Below the pieces are notes generated by a model. It was not told the DNA's origin. It saw only the letters and a program-made list of their open reading frames with translations, and did not search any database. A stretch of 64,000 bases of DNA, from NCBI GenBank assembly GCA_951406725.2, contig OX597816.1:40424001-40488000 (forward strand). The letters run 5' to 3'. This DNA comes from Octopus vulgaris. Lineage: Eukaryota. This document shows, piece after piece, positions 52,751 through 64,000 of the stretch (positions within the stretch are counted from its first letter, which is position 1; each line of letters opens with the position of its first letter). Position numbers and translations under genes: made by a program.

Positions 52751-52819
<69 letters not shown>

Positions 52820-52824
52820 GTGTG

Positions 52825-52857
<33 letters not shown>

Positions 52858-53889
52858 ATGTGTGTGTGTATATATATATAGATATATATGTATGTATGTG
52901 TATGTGTGTGTGCGTGTGTTTGTGTATGTATGTATGTTTTCACACATGTTCACACACAAACACACACACATATGCACACACAACCGTTTCTTCATTTTTC
53001 ATATATACGCATTATAAACGGATTACTAACATTTCTAACACGAACTCATAGACGGCTACAAAGCCCTGTTTTGCTTTGAAACTTTCGAGAAAAGTATGGC
53101 ATAAACTGTTATTAAGAAGCATATCAACACACCGCACTTTTGCATTCATCCGAAGTGGAATTTCAGCTCATCAGTAGATGGACATATATTCCTCCATAAG
53201 TGACATTTTCTCTTTTTATGGAGACGTTGAATCACTATACGTATGTGTGACTTTCTTTTATACCTAACAACTCTAGCTTTTGAACATGTGATGTAACTTG
53301 AAAGAGTGCAAGTGAGATTATCTCTGGAAGCTTTACCTTGCAGAACTGCAACAATCAGCGGTCGTCAGGGGTTACATTTCAAAACATGGTAACCAATTGG
53401 ATTTACGCAGCTTGATATTATACAAGTTAGCGTATGAAAAAGTAGCCCGGGTTCCGTAGATCAGTGTAAATATAGTAATAGATTTACATGTGCTGAACAC
53501 ATATGAAATGATATGGTTTCAACTTTAGACTGTTCAAAACCTGTTGCAATAACCTCCTTATGTGAGATTGCTATGTCAATTTACATGCTGACTAATTTGG
53601 ACTTCGATTAATCCTTTCGCGAATGTCCTGACTAACTTTCGACGTTCGAACTGTATCGTCTCTTTGTTTTGGGCCGTTGTACTCTCACCCTGTAGTGCGT
53701 AACTTTATCAGTATTTATGTAGTTCTCTTTACCGTTAAGTTTTCGCCCGAAAACTTAACTTCAACAATTTCACGCGTTTGTTTAACAAAATCCTGTCTCA
53801 CATATGCTCTCACAATATTGCGGAAAAATTAAGTGAAAACTTTTTTTCTAATATTTCAATAGTTTTCAAATATGTGGGACATTTTCCTG

Positions 53890-53946
<57 letters not shown>

Positions 53947-54109
53947 TCTTACTTTTGTGAAGGCTCGGTAGGTAGGTAGGTAGGTAGGTCGGTAGTAGCA
54001 GACGTAGTGCTATTTTCCTTATACATATCAACTTGTGTGTTAATTTTAAACTTTTTATATATATATACATACATACATTCATACATACATACATACATAC
54101 ATACATACA

Positions 54110-54157
<48 letters not shown>

Positions 54158-54185
54158 ATGTATCTCTGTGTGTGTCTTTCTCTCT

Positions 54186-54242
<57 letters not shown>

Positions 54243-55120
54243 TTACCATCTATCATTTATCTTCTACTTGTTTACTAACTGGATTGGGGCACGATCTGAA
54301 AGGTATACTTATTTTTAGTGTCAGGTACTTATTGCATCGGACACTCTTGCCGAACCGCTCCGGTACGTATACAGAAAGAAACGAACATTGAGTGCTAATT
54401 GTTGGGATGACAAACAAAAACACAACGACACACAGACATACATATATGGAGCTATACAATTCGCATGTAAACTACCAAAATACCTTTCATAAGCATTTAA
54501 GTTGCAGGTGTATATTGGGGGCTAGATACATGGACACAAAATTCTTCAACCAACTTTTGAATCGGTTGAATACTAAGTCTAACAATTCTGGACTCAATGT
54601 ATCTTATAGACTGGCTTTGTATGTTTATCTAATGCTTCAACAGACAGAAAATATTTAAAGTCTCCTAGAAATCAGATCATTAAAAAATCAGTCTGACAAT
54701 GGAGAAATAAAAGAATCATAAGATTATCTTGAGGCTAATGAAATTAATTACAATGTAGACAGATGTAAAGAAATAAACAACATTCCGTTAAGAGTATTAC
54801 TGACAAAGTATATATGTTTGTAGACGATAAGTATTATTTGAGAAAATACAAAATAAAATCGAGCAGAGACGGTAATGATTAGTATAAAAAGACCGCTGAT
54901 AGACTTGAAATTAGTGAAGTCTTAGGGAAAACACAAGAAGGAATATAGCATACTGTTAAAGAAAATTGAGAAATTAATGGCTATATTCACACAAGGAGAC
55001 TTTGAAGAGACTTCCAATGTTGATTCGTTAAATTTGCCGAAAGAAATATGGCGACATGTCATATTTCTGATATTGTTTTTTTGTTTGATCAGAAAGTCTT
55101 ACTAGGCGTGGATAATTACG
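51330..55120 (+). repeat. Three diverged local copies of a ~450-bp unclassified sequence (~51330-51770, ~52260-52690, ~54630-55120)
   Basis: Shared collinear words, allowing mismatches: tctgacaatg…aaaagaatca…attatctt…gttaag.gaatta.tgac…tagactt…tccaa.gg.gatt.gtta. Confidence 0.75.
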
Positions 55121-55199
55121 TTTCTCCCTTTCTCTCTCTCTCTCTCTCCTCACACTCTCTCTCTTTTCTCTCTCTCTCCTCTCTCTCTCTCTTTCACAA

Positions 55200-56060
55200 G
55201 TCTTAGATTTTCATATATACTTATTATCATATGTTGGCTGGTCTATGTGTCAGCATACTTGTATGGAATCCTAGATATGCAGCTGTTCTACAAGGAAGTA
55301 AACTGATACATATTCTCCAAATACAATCAGTTAGTTGCTTAGTGAATATTTGTTGAGGCATTTACCCGAGCCCCAATCATACAGTCATGCCACATAGCCA
55401 CCTGACCAGAGAAATCTGAGTGGATCATGTGTAGACGCGATGAAATTTGTATGAAGTGATCATTGAACTATATTTATTACAAAAGATCCACTATCAGTTG
55501 ACATTTTGTGACTGGGATATTAGGTACTATCGTTAATCGTTCAGCCAAAAGGGTTTTATTTCAGCTTTGAGAGAAGTGTTGTCTTCTCTCTTGGGATGAT
55601 ATTTATTTGACTAAGTGGCTGTTGTCATTACATCCGCAAATGTCTTGAACACCGGGTCAAATCTCCAGAAATAACAGTAATAAAGCTGGGACGTACTAGA
55701 GCAATGCATAAAGTAAGGCAGGGTTTTCGTGGAGCGCCCACTCTGCAAAGCTTAGACTAGAGTTAGCATTACTAATGCAGCAAAGAGATAGACAGCAAAC
55801 ATTCCATCATCGAAGCTACAGAGAAGAATATTAGATGGCTTTGAATAAAGTGAGTAGTTTTCTGGTTTGTGGTTTACTATTGGGATGCAAGCCGAGACTT
55901 GATAAATCCTGGCTGAATCGACGTGCTAGTTGGAGTCTGAGGCATGAAACACCTGAAATAACCCCCATTATGAAGACATCACCAGTGAGATGTACTTTGA
56001 GATTAACTGGGTTCTGAGATGTGATTATAATATTTTTCCTGGTATAGGTATATATCTCTT
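55200..56060 (-). pseudogene. Decayed RTE-like RT fragment
   Basis: VISGV (cf. ISGVLQG), SFDDGMF (cf. FADDIAL), SGGYVA (cf. FAGH) in order; weak. Confidence 0.35.
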
Positions 56061-56119
56061 ACAACATGCAGTTTTCAATTTTATGGCTAGATGAATCCTT
56101 AGTAGTAGTAGTATAATAT

Positions 56120-56439
56120 CATTTTATTTTTATTTATGCGCCCTATTCAAGCCTAGCCAGGTTCATGGGCCACTTCTTCCCGGTTTCTGTGGCGTATTTG
56201 TCCCTCCCAGCTGGACGGGACGCCAGTCCATCGCAGCGTTGCTCAAGAAACAGGAATAAAGAGTGAGAGAAAGTTGGGGCGAAAGAGTACAACAGGGTCG
56301 CCATCACCCCCTGCCTTAGCCTTGCGATACTTTTAGGTGTTTTCGCTCAATAAACACACGCAACGGCCGGTCTGGGAATCGAAACCGCGATCCTCCGACC
56401 GCAAGTCCGCTGCCCTAACCACTGAGCTATTGCGCCTCC
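56120..56439 (-). mobile_element. SINE family C2 with 10-bp TSD
   Basis: Homologous to 44376-44691; AGTATAATAT on both sides. Confidence 0.9.
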
Positions 56440-56757
56440 AGTATAATATAATAAAGTATAATTATGTTAAATGAATTTTATAATTCAACATAAAGCGATA
56501 GTTAAAAGAAATATAGATTTATGAGGTTCGAATATTTTCAATATTTTAAGTTGAATGCTAAATATTGTTCAATATTGTTCAAATCAAAATTGTTTCTGTT
56601 AATCGATTATCCTTAACACAACAGACCACTTATTTATATTTCATCCGTCCACCTAATTGCTTTATCACGATCCTTCTATCTGTCACTATGCAGCGATAGG
56701 AAATTTGTTAAAGCGGTATATCTTATGTTTTTTTTAAATGGTATTCAGTTGTATTAG

Positions 56758-57232
56758 AGGCGGTGGGGTGGCAGAAGTGATAATCCAGCGAGCAAAGTGC
56801 TTGGTGGCATTTCTTCCGTCTTCACGTACTAAGTTCAAGTTCCGCCGTGGTCGACTTTCATCCTTTTAAAAGAAATAAATGCGCCCTTTTAAAGCCTAGC
56901 CTGGCTCATAGGCCTGGTTTCCCGGTTTCAATGGCGTATGTGTCTTCCAGCTGGACAGGACGCCAGTCCATCGTAGCTTTACTCATTTTTGCCAGTTGAG
57001 TGGACTGGAGCAACGTGAAATGAAGTGTTTTGCTCAAGAACACCATACGTCGCCCGGTCCAGGAATCAAAACCACAATCTTACGATCATGATGCTTACAC
57101 CTTAACCACTAAGCCACTTTTTTCATCCTTTTGGCGTCGATAAAATAAGTACCAATTGAGCTCCGAGGTCCACGTAATCGACTTACTCCCTCCGCTGAAG
57201 TTGATGGATTTGTGTAAAAAATTTGAAACAAA
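56758..57232 (+). mobile_element. SINE family B interrupted by a SINE family C3 insertion
   Basis: Family B halves at 56758-56867 and 57121-57232. Confidence 0.8.
56868..57120 (-). mobile_element. tRNA-derived SINE family C3 with 12-bp TSD
   Basis: TTTCATCCTTTT duplicated (56856-56867, 57121-57132); minus head gtggcttagtggttaagg…ggttttgattcc; tail shared with C2. Confidence 0.85.
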
Positions 57233-57724
57233 TATTATTCAGTTAACTATATTTCTGATGGTTCAGTATATTCATACAGTTTAGATTTACCGGCAAGAAA
57301 GAAAAATGTAAAACCATTAAATAAAACCAATGTAGCAACTAAAAAAAAAAAAACAGAAAGAAAGACGATATATCAATATGGGTCAATAAAAAAACCAACG
57401 AAAAATATTGGAAATCAACAAACGGTTGCAAGGCTTGCCGGAAATACAATGCAAAATAAATAATTTCGAGACACACGTAATACAAACATAGTTAGAACAC
57501 CCGATAGGCGGAACACGGTTTCAAATCTTTTCTATCCTTGAATACGATATCAGTCAATATTTGTCTATGACTCTATAATGCAGGTATGAAAGCACACGTA
57601 TACACACACCACACAGACACACGTTTGCACAAACACACCACCATGCACATGCACCTAAGCACACACATTGTTCTAGAGAAACGGTGAATACATAAATAGA
57701 TGCATACATGTATATGTATATTTA

Positions 57725-57780
<56 letters not shown>

Positions 57781-57784
<4 letters not shown>

Positions 57785-57910
57785 AATAGTAAAAAGTGAA
57801 AAAACTACAGAAGGCTTGTTTTAAAAGGTTAAAAAATATATATTTGAGTCAATATGTCTGAAGAATGTTATAAATCGTTTACATACAATGACATAGTATA
57901 GAAGAAATGA
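57781..57910 (-). mobile_element. Terminal pLTR fragment related to the 43-kb PLE, embedded in (TA)n
   Basis: agaaaatagtaaaaagtgaaaaaactacagaaggctt…atatatttgagtcaatatgtctg matches 43010-43085. Confidence 0.8.
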
Positions 57911-58209
57911 TATATATATATATATAAACACACATACACACACGTATGCACACACATACGCACACACATATATAAATATAGGATATAATGGGTTTAGTTC
58001 ACTGGTGATCTAAACGAATAGGTACGCCGAGTAAGTGCTATAATTGATCATCCGTTATGTTCCAAGCTCACAGCTGACGCTGGAGCTAGGGATTCGTATC
58101 TGGCTTCCGTGTTAACAGGTATGTATTAGAGGAAAAGGACATCAAGACCAGAGCACGAAGAGTATCTCAAGACATTTATAATAATTTAATTGGGGTAGGG
58201 TTAATTTGA

Positions 58210-58285
<76 letters not shown>

Positions 58286-58315
58286 CTCTCTCTATATATA
58301 TATATACATATATAT

Positions 58316-58654
58316 CACTGTTATCGTTCTGTTAACGTTTTGGCGTTCAAACGAGTGTACTTGCATAGATGTGGCAACATATGATATTTTGTCCAGGTAT
58401 ATGCAGCTGATGAAGACAAATCAAATCTACGTTGTCAAACGTATTTGAAGAGTCTGAAACCGGTACTGCATTATCCGATTCTAGGTTTTCCATTTTTCAG
58501 ATGTTCTTCCTAGAGGTAAAACAATTTTTTTTCAGGTTTGTTGCACACACGCGTCTTTGCTAGTATATACGCAGTGAAGCTATACAATAGCGTCGTATTT
58601 ATTACGATTGCTATTTTCCAGTAAATATCGGTGCCACGTTCTACCATTTATTTA

Positions 58655-58657
<3 letters not shown>
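58316..58657 (+). mobile_element. Noncoding ~340-bp hammerhead-bearing element flanked by TA microsatellite (solo pLTR or retrozyme-like)
   Basis: Bounded by TA repeats on both sides; central canonical hammerhead; no meaningful ORF. Confidence 0.7.
58401..58471 (+). ncRNA. Type-I hammerhead ribozyme with canonical core
   Basis: ATGCAG-CTGATGA-AGAC…(tcaaat/atttga and acgtt/aacgt inner helices)…GTCT-GAAA-CCGG-TA-CTGCAT; predicted cleavage after GUA at 58465. Confidence 0.88.
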
Positions 58658-58699
<42 letters not shown>

Positions 58700-59063
58700 G
58701 ATCAAAAGCCCACCCATGTCCAATGGACGTACTGAGTTGTCAAACCAAACATTTAAACCAAATTTTCTCAAAACAACTTGTCCGACCGCTCTTTGAGAAA
58801 CACTGATTTAACCAAAATTTGAGACACCACAAAAGAAGAAATAAAGATAGACTTTTTTTACTATTCCAAGAAAAACGATTTTACAAATGCATGTTCCCAC
58901 GGCCTTATCGATCGCATTCTCACATGGAATCGATTTTTGTAATTTTTTAAAGTCTTACACATGCCCTGATACCGTCGGTATCTATATATCAAATTTGAGC
59001 GCAATCGGATGGAGAATGCCCGAGGTACTAGAAGGCACAAATACAGACAGACAGAACGGATTT

Positions 59064-59070
<7 letters not shown>
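58700..59070 (-). mobile_element. Helitron/HINE-like non-autonomous element 5' region
   Basis: Minus strand tatataaaatccgttctgtctgtctg…ccgattgcgctcaaatttg, resembling DINE/HINE-type 5' blocks with GTCT repeats. Confidence 0.45.
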
Positions 59071-59108
<38 letters not shown>

Positions 59109-59289
59109 GCAGCTTTAGTGCCAAACAATGGTGAGGAATAAACAACTTTAATGTTAGTTAAAATATGATTGTTACATTTTAATTTCTAAGGGCAAATTCA
59201 CTGCAGTCACCGTGGAGCAAAAAATATTCTCTATCATGGTAAAAAGTGTTAGAACATTATATCTGCTTTTTAAATAATGAATGCAGATA

Positions 59290-59670
59290 TAAACTCTGTA
59301 ACGCATTTTGTTCGTATTTACGTTCTGTGTCCAAATTCCGCCAAGACCAACTTTGACTATCATATTTCCTTGTCGATAAAATACGTACCGTTTGTGTACT
59401 GGGTTGATGTAATCGTGAAATACGTATCCCTGGATGTTTGGCCTTGTACAAAAATTTCATACCAATATTAAAATATATGGAGGGCGGTGAGGTGGTAGAA
59501 TCGTTAGCACGTCGGGCAAAAATATGCTGAGCGACATTTCGTCCGTCTGTACGTTCTGAGTTCAAATTCTGCCCAGGTCGATTTGAACATTCATCATTTT
59601 GGGGTCGATAAATTAAGTACCAGTCGAGCACTGGGATGGTTGTTACCGACTTAATCTGTCCCTCGAATTT
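59290..59670 (+). mobile_element. Two adjacent SINE family B copies
   Basis: Degenerate copy 59290-59465; copy 59483-59670 ggcggtgaggtggtagaatcgttagcacg…ggtcgataaattaagtacc. Confidence 0.8.
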
Positions 59671-61459
59671 GTGTGCAATTCATTATATGTGTGCAGTTCA
59701 TTAACGATTTATTTATTTATTTCAATCAAGATGAATTGGTTATATATCATTTATTTATTTATCTTGTAATTTACTTTACATCGCGATTTGAAGACAAAAA
59801 CGTCATGTTGGTTAGAAGTTTTCAACAAACCTTTCACCGATTCATTAGTTTATCTCTGTCCGTGTTTATCTTGCAATTATACACACATTTCCACGCACAC
59901 AAAGTAGTCGCACGAGCGCGTCTGTGCAAAAAATGTTGATCTTACATGTTACAGAATGAGATTCTTTCCGTGGGAAATTTTTAAAATTAGAAACAACAAA
60001 AAACAAGCAAGAGGTCTACTTTTATGCACGAAAATGATTTCTAAACATACACAGTACATTATGTATACATAAAAACATTTGAAACGAAATACGTTATGGA
60101 ATAAATAAGAAACGTAATGAGGTACTTTCTTACTACCTATTGTATGAACAATGGTGGAAAAATGAAAGTTATTGGGAGAATGATAAACACAATCATCTGT
60201 CTAATTAGTCATCATTATTAACATTCGTTTCACGTTAAAGAACATGTCCAAAATTGTTTGATGTTTACGGCGCCTCCTTCGTGAGTGTTATAGGTAACAA
60301 ACATTCATTACACCTTGATGCATATTTGGGTTGTCGTGGTCTAACTTGGCAACCGTGCCAAGCTTCCTTTCTAATGACGAGTATTTTGGGGAACTAGTAG
60401 GGTAAGAAACGATAACTGCCACAAGGCAGATGATAATAGGGGCATCAATGGTTATCAAACAATGTATATGCCTGTTCTTTAAACTTGCATATCTTCGTCT
60501 AGAGAGCATTATCTCATTTTATTCAAAAGATGTCTGAAAGGAATAAGCGACCTTCATTTTTATCGCTGGGAATGACTATTTAATGTGGCACCATAACGCC
60601 ATGTAAGAGCGGAAATCTTCCATGGCGACCTGATACATCTGATATGGTGTTCGTGTTTTATGTCCTTCATGCTTAAAATTAGGTGATATTGCAAAGTCTG
60701 GGAAGCGCTTTAGACACTTTGAATGTCTCCTGTATTTTCATACATACTCAATAATCTTGATTTTATCTCGCCTTTTGCGGTTCTCAGAGGTTTCATTCAA
60801 ACATCTAAACAGTTATGTGAAGTCAGCTGCATCTTCACCTTGTTTTTGGTGCTTGTGGGATTGTTTATGCAAATTGCGTTCTTAAATACCTTTCTGAGTT
60901 TACTGGTTGTTACTATAACATAGTTACGAGAAGTTCGCTAGTGATATGTATCCGTAAGGGCTCTGAACCAGTTACTTTCTATGTTGGAATCTAGGGTATT
61001 CCAGCTAGAAGCATATATTTCACTCTTAATATATTCAAGAAGAGTATTTTATTGTGAAGAATTTGTGTGACTTAAAAGGAATTCGACATTTAATAATAAA
61101 AGAAATAGTAAACACGATATATAGTCCACGAACTGCTAGAACTTTAGACATTGAAGCTAAAGTTGATCAATGCTAGTTGTGTCAACGAAAGGGCTCGATA
61201 TTGAAAAATACCAAAACATCTACAAAACCAGGAGCGTAATTCGTGATGCATCATATAAGATCCATGTGATACATGCATACATATAAATACATACACACAT
61301 ACAAACACAAACACGCACACACACACACGCGCGCGTACACACATATGTATATATGTATGTAGGTGTGTATGGAAGTCTGTACGTGTGTCACTATGTCAGT
61401 ATATGTATTCGTGTTCACGCATATGTACACAAATACACACACAGAAACACACACACAAA

Positions 61460-61557
<98 letters not shown>

Positions 61558-62699
61558 TATACACACATGCATACATTATGGAGTAACGATCTCATCTCTT
61601 CGAATATTATTTACGGTCTTCTATAATACGGGTATAGCATTACCATCTAGAAATAAATTCATACTCAATCACTTGTTCAGATATTCGTTCACACGTACCT
61701 CTGCACACGCACTTGTAATTTCGCATTGCATTTTATGTGTTTGTATACATACAAAGATATATATGTGTGTGTGTGTGAATATTTCTATGCGTGTACATGT
61801 CTGCATACGTCTACGTGCACGCCTCTCTATCTATAGGTTTATGTCAGAGCGCTTCTGTGGAAAAGTGCGTTTGCATGTTAAAGATATTTCTAGAGTTTTA
61901 CATCGATCGTTAATAGGAAATATATAGCTTCTAGTTTGGAACCTTCCGTTTCAAGTCTAATGGAATCTTTCTTCCCGCTAATCTAAAATCAAATTTTACG
62001 ACACCCTGGGCGAATTCTGAAATTCCCGTAAGACACGAATCATAACCATTTTTGCATTTCCATATGAATATAAATATTAACGTATATAGAAATGTAAATG
62101 TGTGTGTGTGTTTATCTTTGTGAATATACATGAAAACACACACACACACACATATGTAAGTGAACATATGTAAACGTACACACACACAAATACACACACA
62201 TCTATATATATATATACAGACACACAGACATATAATTGTGTAGTTGTGTAACATTGCGGGTAGTTATATTCTCTATAATCATGAGTACAAATTCTATCTA
62301 TGATTTCGTGTTTGTGAGCAGTGAGATCAATCTAATCCAACAGCAACAACAGCATAAATAACAAATGTTCGTATATATTTCTGAACCTTCCCACCGCACC
62401 CCCTACAATAATCGAAGAATGTTTCTTACAATAATTAATTTTTACCTAGAATCTGTTTACAGTTACGTAACTTTCGCTTTTGCTATTTCAGTCCATCTCA
62501 GAGAATTATGTCTTTTCCTAAGTTATCTATGATTTCTTACATATACTTTTGCTTGTCAGCCCAAAATATAGCCAAACCACTCTTTCTGATTCACCTTCAG
62601 TTTCTTGCAATACTCATAAACACTCTCTACCTCCCCACTCACTATCTCTTTTACAAACAGTCACACACGTTGATATATATACAATTCTTGCTTATCGGT

Positions 62700-63300
62700 A
62701 CAGTCCTCACCGGTCTCATATTTATTCGTCTCTTAGCTGAACCTACCTTCTCCATATTTGATCTGTTACTCTGCTCAATACTTTTGCGACGACAGGACCG
62801 TTTTCTTTATGAAAGTGAGAGACCTAACTATAAATTGAACAACCACAATGGAATGAGATTTATAAGGTTAACCTCTTCATTCTCATTACATAAATAATAG
62901 AATATGTCACGCAGAGCTGACTCTTGATGCTTCTAATAAACACCGTAAGCATCACGTTTTATAAACTGCAAATGCGAGAATAAGCGCTGTGTAAAATATT
63001 CCGCCCCATCCTAGATCGCATTTCTTAGTTTTTCAAACCCTGTCGAGGGCTACTTCATCTTTTACATGTTCAGTCTAACTGTGTAATGGTGTTTATCAAA
63101 TCATCGAAGGCTATGAATATTAGATCTGTGCTGTCAGTAAATATAATATTTATGAATAGGGTTTTAGTGTGTAACAGACTTTGATCTAACATTTTGCTTT
63201 TTGTTATGAAAATTATAAAGATGTTTTGAAAATGTTTAGGGTTAGCAAGCAAACTTGTCTGGCTATTTTCTTACTTGAAACCAATCCATCGGTTGACCTA
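62700..63300 (-). pseudogene. Possible decayed CR1-like LINE ORF2 fragment
   Basis: TDLIFIAFDDLINTITQLD followed by a GPD-like region resembles the pre-RT linker; weak. Confidence 0.25.
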
Positions 63301-63656
63301 CTCTGCAGTGTCCCACATTGCCAATATATTTCGCAATATAGTGGTTCATATACCTGTTAATGTTATCATTTTTCATACGAACTTTATCTAAGTATATAAA
63401 AATACTGACCTTTACTAGAAGCAGTTTTGAAGTCGACGAATTTGAAATTTAAGCGCAATCTTATTTTCTTTTCCTTCTTCAATTATCTGTTTGACAATGA
63501 CAAGAGAATCAACTACTTTTCTTCAAGGGTTGAAACAAACAGAATCTCTTCCAACATTTCTGCTGTTTCACTTTTCCTTCCGACAGCGAAGATTAATTAA
63601 ACAATTTTCTTTTATAAGAGAAGAGAGAAATCAATCTGCACTTCCCCAGTTTTGCT

Positions 63657-64000
63657 TTTTACTTACTTTTTACTCTTTACTCTTTTACTTGTTTCAGTCA
63701 TTTGACTGCGGCCATGCTGGAGCACCGCCTTTAATCGAGCAACTCGACCCCGGGACTTATTCTTTTGTAAGACCAGCACTTATTCTATCGGTCTCTTATG
63801 CCGAACCGCTAAGTAACGGGACATAAACACACCAACATCGGTTGTCAAGCAATGCTAGGGGGACAAACACAGACACACAAATACACACACGCATATATAT
63901 ATATATGCATATATACGACGGGCTTCTTTCAGTTTCCGTCTACCAAATCCACTCACAAGGCTTTGGTCGGCCCGAGGCTATAGCAGAAGACACTTGCCCA
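63657..64000 (-). mobile_element. SINE family A, cut by the window end
   Basis: Near-identical to 39319-39660. Confidence 0.92.

Noticed and set aside
53123-53179. Minus-strand CTGATGA-GC…GC-AAAA motif as a functional ribozyme
   Set aside because: G12 is lost and stems I and III are poor; counted only as a possible decayed relic.

Overview
AT-rich, microsatellite-dense eukaryotic DNA. The SINE families and repeat landscape suggest an octopus/cephalopod genome; this is an inference, not a database result. I could not support any host protein-coding gene, and almost all short ORFs in the track are microsatellite or satellite artefacts. The window holds (i) Penelope-like retroelements (PLEs): a truncated copy with an open RT-C-terminus/GIY-YIG frame (43321-44250, -), an inverted pseudo-LTR (pLTR) insertion (3297-5090) and a decayed RT+EN copy of another lineage (~26.7-28.5 kb); (ii) at least six well-formed and about four decayed minimal type-I hammerhead ribozyme motifs with palindromic stem III, most lying 20-190 bp upstream of a (TA)n tract; (iii) a 7-kb array of a 46-bp unit with a 2391-bp higher-order repeat; (iv) many tRNA-derived SINEs with swapped modules, decayed RTE/L1/CR1/Gypsy relics, mariner and hAT MITEs, and Helitron-like pieces. 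The most notable signal is the dispersed, structurally diverse hammerhead/PLE pLTR system associated with (TA)n tracts.
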